A stretch of DNA of 63,820 nucleotides, the filler included, from Guillardia theta CCMP2712 (lineage: Eukaryota > Protista > Cryptophyta), in the NCBI RefSeq assembly GCF_000315625.1. It is 6 parts of 6 records of this genome, joined end to end, with 100 filler letters (N's around TTAATTAATTAA, not from the genome) between each part and the next. Parts side by side here need not be neighbours in the genome. Positions count along the whole stretch, not along the records: positions 47,238 to 55,980 come from NW_005434256.1; positions 56,081 to 58,429 come from NW_005434045.1; positions 58,530 to 63,820 come from NW_005434598.1; 3 more parts are not named here. One strand, given 5' to 3'. Of the stretch, positions 49,227 to 60,110 are shown one piece after another (within the stretch, counting starts at the first letter, position 1; the number at the start of each line of letters is the position of its first letter). Position numbers and translations under genes: made by a program. Under the pieces are notes generated by a model, which did no database searches, was not told where the DNA came from, and saw only the letters and a program-made list of their open reading frames with translations.

Positions 49227-49580
49227 CGGCATACAGACATGCAAGCAGAAGCAGAGAGGTCTCCCAATCAACATCATCGCTACCTCGCTGCTCCATCGCT
49301 GCTCAAGTGCTCCACAACCTCTCTCGCGAGTGCCTCCTCCTCGCACTGCAAGATCCTCGTGCACACTAGCAGCCGGTCGTGAACTGGAAAGATCTTCGCC
49401 GACCCGCAGCCGAGCGTTCAACTACCATGTCGGAGATGAACTGCTGCTGCTGCTGCTGCTGCTGCTGCTACATGCCACTCTTCATCCTGACTTGACGTGC
49501 TCAACGAGATCGCAGCGGTCGACTTTCTGCCTTCTAGGCTTTCATATCTTCAAGGTCAAGTTGTAGATTCGCTGGCCATG
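47280..49580 (-). CDS. Probable multi-exon hypothetical gene
   Basis: Short unique exon-like blocks (e.g. MMPRLAPITDTFTRWLHDNKSNFILFLETPLL) between microsatellite introns; frame not resolved. Confidence 0.3.
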
Positions 49581-50599
49581 ACAGCGACGCCTGTGACTTT
49601 CCCTGAGCAACCAACGGCATGTGAGAAAATATCCTTGCCCCTTCCTCCTTTCCTCTCCTTGTCAACAATTCAGCTGCATGCATCCTTGCGCTTCTACTCC
49701 CTCCCCCTTCCATACCTTCCTTCCTTCAGTTCCTCCTCCTTGTCCTCGTCCACCCTTCTCACGCCCTCTTCCTCCCTTCAGATCTCATCTTCCATTGCCG
49801 CTGCCCAAACGCATGTACTTGTCATGCAGCTTCATCTCAAACGTCTACCCCAACGCCCAAGTTTTCCCACAGCTCTCCATTTCTCTTCTACTCCAAACAA
49901 CGTCTCCTCGTACACGTTATCCCTTGTCAGCCTCTCCGGTCCTGTTCTTTCCCTCCTCTTCCCCTACTTCTACCACCCTTCTCCATCATCGTCGCAGCCG
50001 CCAGTTCATTATTCCTCACTCATGAACACAACACCCACACCCATAATTGATGTCTCCTGCTTATGCTCGACTATCGTCTTGAACATAATAATCGTTCTGC
50101 CCCTTTCCCAGCCCCTGCTACCATTCACCCTTTCATCCTCTCCTGCCCGCCCTCTCGTCACTCGTTTCCCTCCTTTTGTTCCACTTCCTCCTCCTGTTGC
50201 CCTTGCTCCCTCTCTTCCTCCTCCTACAATTAATCCTCTATCGTCCTCCTACTACTAATGCTCCTGTCTCTCCTCCCTCCCCCTCTCCTCGTCCTACTTC
50301 CAATCCTTTACATTCTCCCTCATTATCCTCCTGCTCCTCCTGCTCCTCCTGCTCCTCCTGCTCCTCCTGCTCCTCCTGCTCCTCCTGCTCCTCCTGCTCC
50401 TGCTCCTGCTGCTCCTGCTCCTGCTCCTCCTGCTCCTCCTGCTCCTGCTCCTGCTGCTCCTGCTCCTGCTCCTCCTCATCCTCTCTTCCTTCTCCTCCTC
50501 CTCCTCCTCCTCCTGCTCCTGCTCATCCTCCTCCTCCTCCTCCTCCTCCTACTGCGGGTTTTCCGTTCACGGGAAAAATCGGCATTGCCGGGGAGTGAC

Positions 50600-51220
50600 A
50601 CAAAGGACCCCTACCCCCACATCACAACACACTACCCCTTCAGCTCGTAGATACCCCTTGTTCAATCCCGATCCCGCATCCAGGGAGTTTCCTCTACCCC
50701 TACTTGACATCGAGTACCCCATACTACATCACTTTTTAACCCACCCTTGGTATTTGCATCCTTACCTTTCTGCCTTACTGACCCCTCACTCGAATTAGTG
50801 ATCCGGATTGAACCCCTACTGCTCCTACCCCACCCTCTCAATCTCAAAACGAACCTGGAACCCTCCTCGGAACATTACTCCAAGTGACTACCCCCACCCC
50901 CACCCCACCCCACAGGATACTATATTGACCACCGTGAACGGACCATATTGTACCCTACCCCATCCTTAAAATAAACGAGTGGTGGGTGGGGAGAGAATAT
51001 TCGGTGGGTATTGTACCGGTGGTTGAAGGATATCCTCAAAATGATAAAAGGGTGGGTAGTTTCAGGTAAATTGTGTGGTCGTCGTACTGATACGGAAAAG
51101 TGGAGTGAAAAATAGGGGGTAGGGGTTACTACCCCACTGGAGTCTTCGTTCCATAACGGCAATGCAGCTGGACCCTACCCCACCAAATCCACCATCACCC
51201 ACCCCACCACCCTTCTAGCA
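50600..51220. other. GGGT/ACCC-punctuated non-coding tract
   Basis: ACCC/TACCCC or GGGT every 15-35 nt, separated by unique sequence. Confidence 0.6.
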
Positions 51221-51249
51221 AAATAAGGCTCTTGGAGGATGAAGGAAAC

Positions 51250-51800
51250 GATGGCGAGGGGAGGGGCGGCAGAGGAGGGACCCGATCCTCATGCCGCGAT
51301 CAGCATGGCGAATGCCGATCGTGCACTAGCAGAGAACGCATAGCGTCCGTCATACCCAACATCGCCATCTGAGCAGGCGGCAAGGAGCACCTGGGGTCAG
51401 GGCTTCATCAAGATGTGAAGACATGCGTGATCGTAGTAGCCTGCAAGGGGCTCCCCATGTTGTGAAGCTCCTCAGCTGGAACGATGATGACCAGCCCTCC
51501 ACGATGATAAAGCTGTGCTCCGTCATCACCCGTGAGGAAGTGCTTGCTGAGGTGGCTGCAGGCCGGCAGCGAGGTGGGAAGGAGTGAGAAGGTCTTGTGG
51601 GTGAGGAGTCAAGGTTCTGCCACCGCAGGAAGTACTGCATGCAAGACAAGAGTATTTATGCGGAAGGATGCAGCAGCAGCTTCACGGCTTCTGCGAGGGG
51701 ATGGTAGTGCGATCGGCGTCTCACCTTGACTTCAAGGCCAAGAACAAACATCCTGTTCCGACTGCTTTCCAGCTGAGAGCTTCGCTGACCTGGTTGCCGT
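51250..51800 (+). pseudogene. Degenerate protein kinase
   Basis: LQGAPHVVKLL (subdomain IV-like) and HLDFKAKN (HxDxKxxN catalytic loop) in broken frames with stops. Confidence 0.45.
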
Positions 51801-52994
51801 CGACTTAGCCTCCTGCGTCTTCGACGACTCCTCGATCACGGCACTCGCCGCTGTTTGTGTCGAGCGCGGACCCTGTCGACCTGGTCAACGACACTTGGGA
51901 CGAGCTGATCTTGGAACAGATACACCATGGCGTCTCCTTCACGGAAGCTGCTGCTGAAGAGCACTGTTGATGTGAATGCTTGACTCGTTGCCGATGGTCG
52001 AGGGGCGGTTGTCAGGTCTGGGGAAACATGTCATCGTGCTGTTTCTGTGCCTTGGGGGTTGACGAGTCCCCTTGGACCTGAACTTTATCATGCGCTCAGG
52101 AGACGTCGATCGAGAAAGCGAGGACAGGTGCGAGCAGGAGGGTGAAGTAGTGTTGTGATGAAGATTTACTGCATGCTTCTAGGACAGAATCAGTGGACGC
52201 ACAACGTGTCAAACTTCCATGGAGAGGGCAGAGAGAGTAGCAAGAGTGGAAACTAGAGAAAGTTCTCACATACTCCCACGTTTGGCATTGCTGCGTGTTT
52301 GTTGTCAGAAAAGTACAATCCTTGCAATCTTGTTCCCAACTCTCATCAAACCCCGCGAATCGTCTCACTAGCCTTCAGCATGCTCAGGGCCCTAGATGTC
52401 GTCAGACAGAGATCATTCTCTGACATACGAAGAAGTCTGTTCGAGTAAACAGCCAAGTGCACAACAAAAATCCGTGGCTTAATCCTTGTAGCACAATTTT
52501 TTCCCTCACTCTGTTCTACGGCGAGGTGGAAGGTGCCATTACCGTTCACCCGAGATCGTGGATCTGACTCTAAGGTGGTCAGAGATGCTTTCCTTTCTCT
52601 CGGCAATGACGTGCGTCCGACAAAAAGCCCCCAGTCCTCAAGAGCAAACCTTCTGGGAACCCGTGTTGCTCTCTGAGGTGAAACAAAGAAGGAGGCTCTG
52701 AGAGCAGGAGGATGAGACGAGGCTTCGCCCCTCTAGTCAGAGGACGCGTCAGACATCACGCCGTAGAGCGCGAAGGCATCTCCTTGCATGAGCGCGGCCT
52801 CTTCCCGCGCCCCCGGCTGCCAACCATTTCGCCAACTTAACTACAGGGAGATGGACGTGACTTTATAACTACTTTTAGCAGCTCTGTGAGGTTCTAGATC
52901 ATCGATAAGATCTATTTTCGCTTGTAGAGTTGTAAATTTACGATAAAGTCTTATTTCGATATTTAAAATTACTTGTTAATCATCTTGAGGGAGT

Positions 52995-54150
52995 CAAACC
53001 TTGGGGGGGACTTTTGCCAGTAGCTCTGATGATCAGAGGTGGGTGGGGTGGTAGCACTTTTTACCCCGGGGGTTTGTTCCTGGGGGTACGGGTCATGGAG
53101 GTATATTCGATTTTTAGGGTGGGTAGACAATTGGACCCCTCATCACTAGTTCTGGAATCAATGACAATGACTGAGAATTGAGTAGGTGGGTGGTGATTCT
53201 TTAGGAGAATCAAGGGTAGGGTACTGAATTATGGTGGGGTACAAGAGAGCACAATTGGGACCCATCTCTATCTTGAGATGTAGGGGTTAGAGGACATGTT
53301 GGGGTGGGGTGGTCGGTTCCAACAGGACACGCTGCAATGGAGGGTGGCACGGGGGGTTGCGGGTGGGATGGGGTGGGGGTACAGCGGTCTTTCTGGGGGT
53401 GGGTCATCATCCTTTGTCCACCCAGGCACCCACCAATGATTTCAAAGTTGCCGAGGAGATTTTACTGAAATATTGTTTCAGTACTTCTTCCAATTTTCAA
53501 TATTAATGCTAACATTTTAGAAATTGATGAATTCCGACAACAAAATTTAAGGTACCCCAAGATCAACTTCGCTTCATAAGGCAAAACCACCCAGCTGATC
53601 GTCATGACCCCTACTCCCTCGCAATAGTAAATATCCACCCCCACCCCACTCGTAAGCACTCCTCTCAACTCAATCCACCCCACCCCCCCCTTTTCAGCAC
53701 GACAAATTAACTAAAAATAACAACTGACCTTATACCCTTTAGTTCCCAAATCCCACCCCTCCGTATCCTTCACCTACCCTACTTTTCTACTATTTTTGTA
53801 CCCCACCCCTCAACATCACCCACCCCTCAAAAGCATCGTCAGACCTGGAGGTATCAATTCGTCTTTACCATTACCACCCGGTGTATCCCTACCACCCACC
53901 CACCGGATGGTCCCAACATCGAGTACCCTACCCCCTCGTCAATGCTTCCGAAAGAGCTCTTAACCCCATGTGTCAACAAAACTACCCACCCCCGATATCT
54001 AAAGTTTTAGCACTACAAACTGCAAAGTACCCCTCTATGATCATCACACCACCCCTCCAGGGAGCTCTTGAACCCCCTGTTTACCACCCTGTGTACCCAC
54101 CCCATCAATGGACCCCTGACGGAAATTTCCTTCCACCACCCCACCCTATG
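52995..54150. other. GGGT/ACCC-punctuated non-coding tract with a polarity switch near 53410
   Basis: Left half GGGT-rich, right half ACCC-rich. Confidence 0.65.
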
Positions 54151-55239
54151 GTCTTGGCGCTGTTCTTGTCACGGCCAGCATGTAGCTGCCGCTACATCAT
54201 GGAGCAGAAGCCGCCCCGCCCCTTCGCCATGGCGACCTACATAGCACCATAGAGCTCCCATGTTGTTCGGCTACATGCTCTCTCCGTCTTGATATAATAT
54301 GCGCCTTGTCGTTCATCCTTCCCGTCTGCGCAAGCCCCAACGACCCGTCCCCTTGCCCTTTGCGTACACTGAAGGATTGAACTAGTCTTCTGCGATGTGT
54401 TTGGTGGGCCTGTCTTGGTGTATGATTGCACCCATGACTTCATGTGTGGTTGATGAGCTCTTGTTCATGTTCTCACTTCTTCTCGCATTCCCCATGCACC
54501 TTTTTACAACTTCCTCACTGCAAAGCTATTTCTTGTTTTCAGTGGTCTTTCACCTCATAGTGTCGCTGCTGCTCTGAATTCGAGGAGCATACATGTTCTA
54601 GAGGGCTTAGTAGGAAGTTCAAAACAAGAATGCTCTCAACTGCAACCTTGCTACTTGAGACTTGGTGTGAGGAGACTTTACTGGAACTTACCATGGCTTT
54701 CCTTCAGGAGGCTGATACAGTGTTGTGCTTCTACGCGCGAGACACGGAAATAGAGAGTGGAGGAATGCATTTTCTCTTGATGTGCCCGAATGGTCAGTGC
54801 AGGAGAGGAGGCTAGTCAGGTCATCTTGCCAGGAACGATCCTTGTGGAATCCTTTTGATAATTCCCTGGGCCTCGCTTTACTCCGATCTTGAAGGTGAGA
54901 TGAAACTGCTCTTGACTCCCTGCCCTCTAGATCGCATCTTCCCCTCTCCCCTCTCTCCCTCCCTCTCCTCCCCCCCTCCCCTCTCCCCTGCTCCTCTCAC
55001 ACCTCTCCCACCTTTCTCTCCTCTCGACCCCCTCGCCTCCACCCCTTTTCGCCTCCCCCCCCCTCCTCCCTCCCCTCTCCCCTCCCGCTCTCCCTCTCCA
55101 ATCTCCTCCCTCTCCCCCTCTTCTCTGCCTATCTCTATCTCCTATGCCCCCTCTCTCTCTCTTCCTCCTATTCCTCTTCCTCCTTCTCTCCCTCCCCTCT
55201 CTCTCCCGCTCTCTCCTCCCGCATGAAACTTGTCTTCAG

Positions 55240-55841
55240 ATGGGTTCTCGTGCCGAGAGGCTGCGACTGGAGAAGGTAGAGCAGAGGAAGAGGATGAGAG
55301 ACTTGGTGGAGATGCTAGACCCGATCGTACCATCACAGCCCCGTCCTGCATCTGTGGAGAAGGGGAGCCTTAAGTCCAAGCGTACGCTGCTGCAGCTGCA
55401 GGAGGACATGGTGGTCATGTTGAGGGCGATCCGATCGCAGGAGGGCAAGCCCAAGAAGCTGATCAAGGTCGAAAAGGCGGAGGTGGCTGTGGAGGAGAAG
55501 AAGGACGGGCCAGTGTGTCTCAACGGGATGCTGGCAGAGGGTATGATCTCGAGCAACGCGCTGCTCCTGATCGAGGTCAACATCAAGGAATGGACGGTGC
55601 TCAGGATGAGCAAAGGGCTGCAGAAGTGGTTTCAGCTGCTCCCTGCTCCCGGTCTTATCGGTCAGACTCTGCTGCGATTCGTTCACATGCAGGATGGGTG
55701 GAAGCTGCGTGCGCACACCAGGCAGGCCATGGGAGAGTCTCCTGCCCCCGGCTTCGAGGCCAGGGTGCTGACCTTCGGCTCTAAGTCCTTCGAGTTCCTC
55801 GATTGTTCCTTCACCCCCACCCATCAGCCCGTCAACGACAG
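55240..55841 (+). CDS. bHLH-PAS-like transcription factor exon, partial
   Basis: EQRKRMRDLVEMLDPIVP...KRTLLQLQEDMVVMLRAI (bHLH-like) followed by WTVLRMSKGLQKWF...LIGQTLLRFVHMQD (PAS-like). Confidence 0.65.
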
Positions 55842-55980
55842 GTGAGAGATCTCTGCGAGGAGGAGGAGGAGGAGGAGGAGGAGGGAGGAGGAGGAGGAGG
55901 ATGGATATCTAGGAGTGATGATGGCGACGGGAACGATGGATATGATGATGATGCCATGTTCTTGCCTCGTTTGCTCTTCA

Positions 55981-56080
55981 NNNNNNNNNNNNNNNNNNNN
56001 NNNNNNNNNNNNNNNNNNNNNNNNTTAATTAATTAANNNNNNNNNNNNNNNNNNNNNNNNNNNNNNNNNNNNNNNNNNNN
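55981..56080. other. Artificial contig linker
   Basis: N44-TTAATTAATTAA-N44. Confidence 0.97.
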
Positions 56081-56090
56081 GGAGAGCGAG

Positions 56091-56124
56091 ACGGGATGGT
56101 ATCATCGTATGTATGAAGCCTCGA
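56091..56124 (+). repeat. 34-bp direct repeat, copy 1 (copy 2 at 58364-58397)
   Basis: ACGGGATGGTATCATCGTATGTATGAAGCCTCGA occurs at both ends of the same contig. Confidence 0.9.
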
Positions 56125-58429
56125 GCGTGTCACCTCTGAGTCTGGCGCTGCGTGTACTTGACGTGCCTGGCGTGTTGTCGCTGCAGCTGGGTACAGCTGC
56201 TCTCAGTCTCCCCTGGGTCCGCCTGCGCCGCGAGCCTGGGCCTCTCCCTCGTTGCCTACGCGTCTGCTCTGCTTGCTGGGGTTGTTGCTTGCTGCGTCGC
56301 TGCTTGTCTGCCGTCTGGCTCCTCGTACGACTGTCGCGCGCAGCGGAGCGGGAGGAGCGCGTGAAGCATGACACGATGTGGCCACCGGGGGAGACGGGGG
56401 GGCGGGGGAGCTTGCAAGAAGCGCCGAGGAAGGCGGCTCCCTCAGACAAGCACGACATGGGCGAGCGGGTCGGCGAGGAGCAGGAGAAGGGAGAGGAGAG
56501 GGGAGGGGGGCAGGGGTCAGAAGGAAGGTCACAAACGAGAGGAGGGAGGGGAGCGACGGCTGCATCAAAGCAGGAGCACAGGGAGGGAGGAGTGCCACGA
56601 GCAAGCTGCGGAGTCCCGGCAGGGTCCGAGCAGCAAGAGCCCCTGGCGGGTTGCGACAGTCGACCAGCAGCCCATCCCTTCCTCCTCCCTTCCCCTGCGA
56701 TTCGAGTCTCCGACCTCCCTCGCTCGTCAACCAGGGGGTCGTCGCTTCGCTGGGCTGCGGAGCTCCTGCTTCCTCGGCTTGTCGCTTCCCGCGGGTCTGG
56801 GCTTGCGCTCCGCCTGCTGGCGGTCCACGTGCAGCTGTGCTCCTGATGCTTGCGAGAGGAGCTCGAGACGCCTGCTGTCCGTCTAGCAGAGGTCGGGCTC
56901 TCGAGACATCTGTTGGGCTTGTTCTGTTCTTTACTCATGCCTACATGATCACGTCCCGCTCCTCAGGTCTCNNNNNNNNNNNNNNNNNNNNNNNNNNNNN
57001 NNNNNNNNNNNNNNNNNNNNNNNNNNNNNNNNNNNNNNNNNNNNNNNNNNNNNNNNNNNNNNNNNNNNNNNNNNNNNNNNNNNNNNNNNNNNNNNNNNNN
57101 NNNNNNNNNNNNNNNNNNNNNNNNNNNNNNNNNNNNNNNNNNNNNNNNNNNNNNNNNNNNNNNNNNNNNNNNNNNNNNNNNNNNNNNNNNNNNNNNNNNN
57201 NNNNNNNNNNNNNNNNNNNNNNNNNNNNNNNNNNNNNNNNNNNNNNNNNNNNNNNNNNNNNNNNNNNNNNNNNNNNNNNNNNNNNNNNNNNNNNNNNNNN
57301 NNNNNNNNNNNNNNNNNNNNNNNNNNNNNNNNNNNNNNNNNNNNNNNNNNNNNNNNNNNNNNNNNNNNNNNNNNNNNNNNNNNNNNNNNNNNNNNNNNNN
57401 NNNNNNNNNNNNNNNNNNNNNNNNNNNNNNNNNNNNNNNNNNNNNNNNNNNNNNNNNNNNNNNNNNNNNNNNNNNNNNNNNNNNNNNNNNNNNNNNNNNN
57501 NNNNNNNNNNNNNNNNNNNNNNNNNNNNNNNNNNNNNNNNNNNNNNNNNNNNNNNNNNNNNNNNNNNNNNNNNNNNNNNNNNNNNNNNNNNNNNNNNNNN
57601 NNNNNNNNNNNNNNNNNNNNNNNNNNNNNNNNNNNNNGGAGAGGAGACACGAGGCCGCACCGACCAGAGCCCTCTCTCGCCAGGCAAGAGGACGGCCCAG
57701 GCCAGGCCAAGCGACAGCCGGGGAGAGCGACAAGCCGAGGGACAAGGGGCGGATGGGGGCAGTGAGAGACAAGGGGGTAGGGGGACGGAGGGACGGCATA
57801 AAAGGGGGTGAGGGTATAAAGGCAGGGTACCGAGACAGGCGGGGGGGGAGGGAAGGGGAGGTTCTGTAGCTCCGCTGCTAGGACAGATGGCGTAAGGGCT
57901 GAGGGGCTACAGGGGAACCAGCATTTTCTCCCTCCTCCTCCTCTCACAGGTGGGTGCTCACCTCTCCCGCCCTCCTTGTCTCTGGGGGTGGGTCAGGCCT
58001 CCCGTCCTCGCCATGTGCCTCCACGAGGCCGACAAGCAAGGCGGAGAGGCGGCGGCGAAGGACAAGCAGGACGGCTTCCTCTAGACCCGGCCTGGAGGGA
58101 GGGGGCAAGGAGAGAGGCAGAGGAGGAGGAGCGGCAGGGCGAGGACGAGCAGGGGCGACCTAAGCATGCGCATCAAGACGAGCACTCAGAGAGGCCAGGG
58201 ACCGGCCGGCGGGGAGGAAGAGAGACCGGGGAGGGAGGACAGCGTGGCAGCTTGAGAGACCGAGAAAGCTTGAAGCGAGGGAGGAGGCGAGGCCCTGCGC
58301 GAGCGGTTGGAGCGTCGCGACGAGCTTGTAGGTGCGCAAGGAGGAGAAGGAGGAGGAGCGAGAACGGGATGGTATCATCGTATGTATGAAGCCTCGACTA
58401 ATGGTAGCACGCACCCTCTGAACCAAGGA

Positions 58430-58529
58430 NNNNNNNNNNNNNNNNNNNNNNNNNNNNNNNNNNNNNNNNNNNNTTAATTAATTAANNNNNNNNNNNNNNN
58501 NNNNNNNNNNNNNNNNNNNNNNNNNNNNN
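58430..58529. other. Artificial contig linker
   Basis: N44-TTAATTAATTAA-N44. Confidence 0.97.
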
Positions 58530-58556
58530 GAGAGAGAGAGACACCCCACAGAGAGA

Positions 58557-58613
<57 letters not shown>

Positions 58614-58708
58614 AGAGAGAGCCAGAGAGCCAGAGAGACGGAGACAGGGACAGAGACAGAGACAGAGACAGAGACAGAGACAGAGACAGACTCCTCTCCT
58701 TCTCTCTC

Positions 58709-60110
58709 AACCTCCCACGCCCCTCAAGGCCTCTACTAAGGAAAGCAAGATGAGCTTTTCAGCCGCAAATCATCATCAAGTATCAATCGATGTCTACCTA
58801 CATCGCTCCCACTGACTCCGACGGGCCGGCCGGGCAGTCAAAGGAGGATGAGATTTACTCTCATAGTTTATCAGGCTGGTACCTGTGAGAAACTGTGACC
58901 GCCGTTCTTCCAGGCGTTAGTCCGTCTCGGAGTCCCCGGGGGGCTGGGCTGGGGCGAACCGCTAGCCCGACTGAGCATGCCGTGACTGATATCTACAATA
59001 TCAAGCTTTGCTTCCTACTGCCGCCGGTACGGTCAGCCCCGGGCCCGGCCGCCGCGCAGAGTGACTCAGTCGCGGGCAATGACTTGCTGACTCTACTTTT
59101 ACCCCGGCGGCGGATCTGCCGGCCCGGGCTCCGAGAGTCCCCGGGGAGCGGCGGCCCTCCCGCCTCTGAGCCACTGTGAGTGTACCACAGCGCTCGGACT
59201 CGGGACCGCCGGGCCCCCGCAACTCGGAAGCTCGCGCGGCAATCAAGTTCGAGCAGCCCGCGACTCATGATTCGTGAGTCATACCCGGCGATTACAAACG
59301 GGGTGTTCGGAGGGCCACCCGTCAGACTCGGGCCCAGCCTATTCCATGCCATTGGGTCGCGCACCCGCCGGGGTGAGAGGCGGTACCTTCAGTCAGGCAC
59401 TAACACAGTGATCGGACAAGGTATTGGCAGCCAGATGATTTCAACATGGGCCCGAAGCCTTCAACTGATCACCGTACGGTACTGAGGGGACTTTGAACTT
59501 CCGCTTTGCCTGGCAGGGTACTGCCAAGCCGGGTACCCGACGCCAAGCCCGCCGGCGGCCCGGCCGGCCCGCCGGCCGCCGATGTCACTGGCGAGTTAAC
59601 TTGTAACTTCGAGTCTGGATGGTCTCTCGGGCTACTTTTCAGGGCCTGCCAGTACGGTGATTGTCCACGTGAAACCAGCGCGGACCGCAGGGCGGGGCCC
59701 CGCCGGGCAGTCCGCCGAGAATGACTCCATGACTCAATGACTGAGCCTCGTACGCCGGACGGTGACTCGGTAGGCCTGAGGCAAAGGCTCAATGACTCAA
59801 TGACTCAATGACTCAATGACTCAATGAATTATGGTGACTCAGTAGGCCTGAGGCCTGAGGCCACGGCTAGACCGTGTGACTGAATGAGCGACAGACTCAG
59901 TACTGACTCAATGACTCAATGACGCAATGACGCAATGACTCGATGACTCAATGACGCAATGACTTCATGACTCATTGTCTCTATAACTCGATGACCCATT
60001 GACTCTATGACTCTGTGACTCTGTGACTCTGTGACTCAATGACTGAGCCTCGTACGGTGACTCGGTAGGCCTGAGGCCACGGCTAGACCGTGTGACTGAA
60101 TGAGCGACAG
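58709..60110 (+). repeat. Long direct repeat unit, copy 1 (conserved head, GC island, TGACTC array)
   Basis: Head AACCTCCCACGCCCCTCAAGG... nearly identical to the sequence from 62295; colinear blocks continue to GGCCTGAGGCCACGGCTA. Confidence 0.9.
59720..60110 (+). repeat. (TGACTCAA/TGACTCTA/TGACTCTG)n 8-mer array with an internal duplication
   Basis: Directly visible. Confidence 0.9.
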
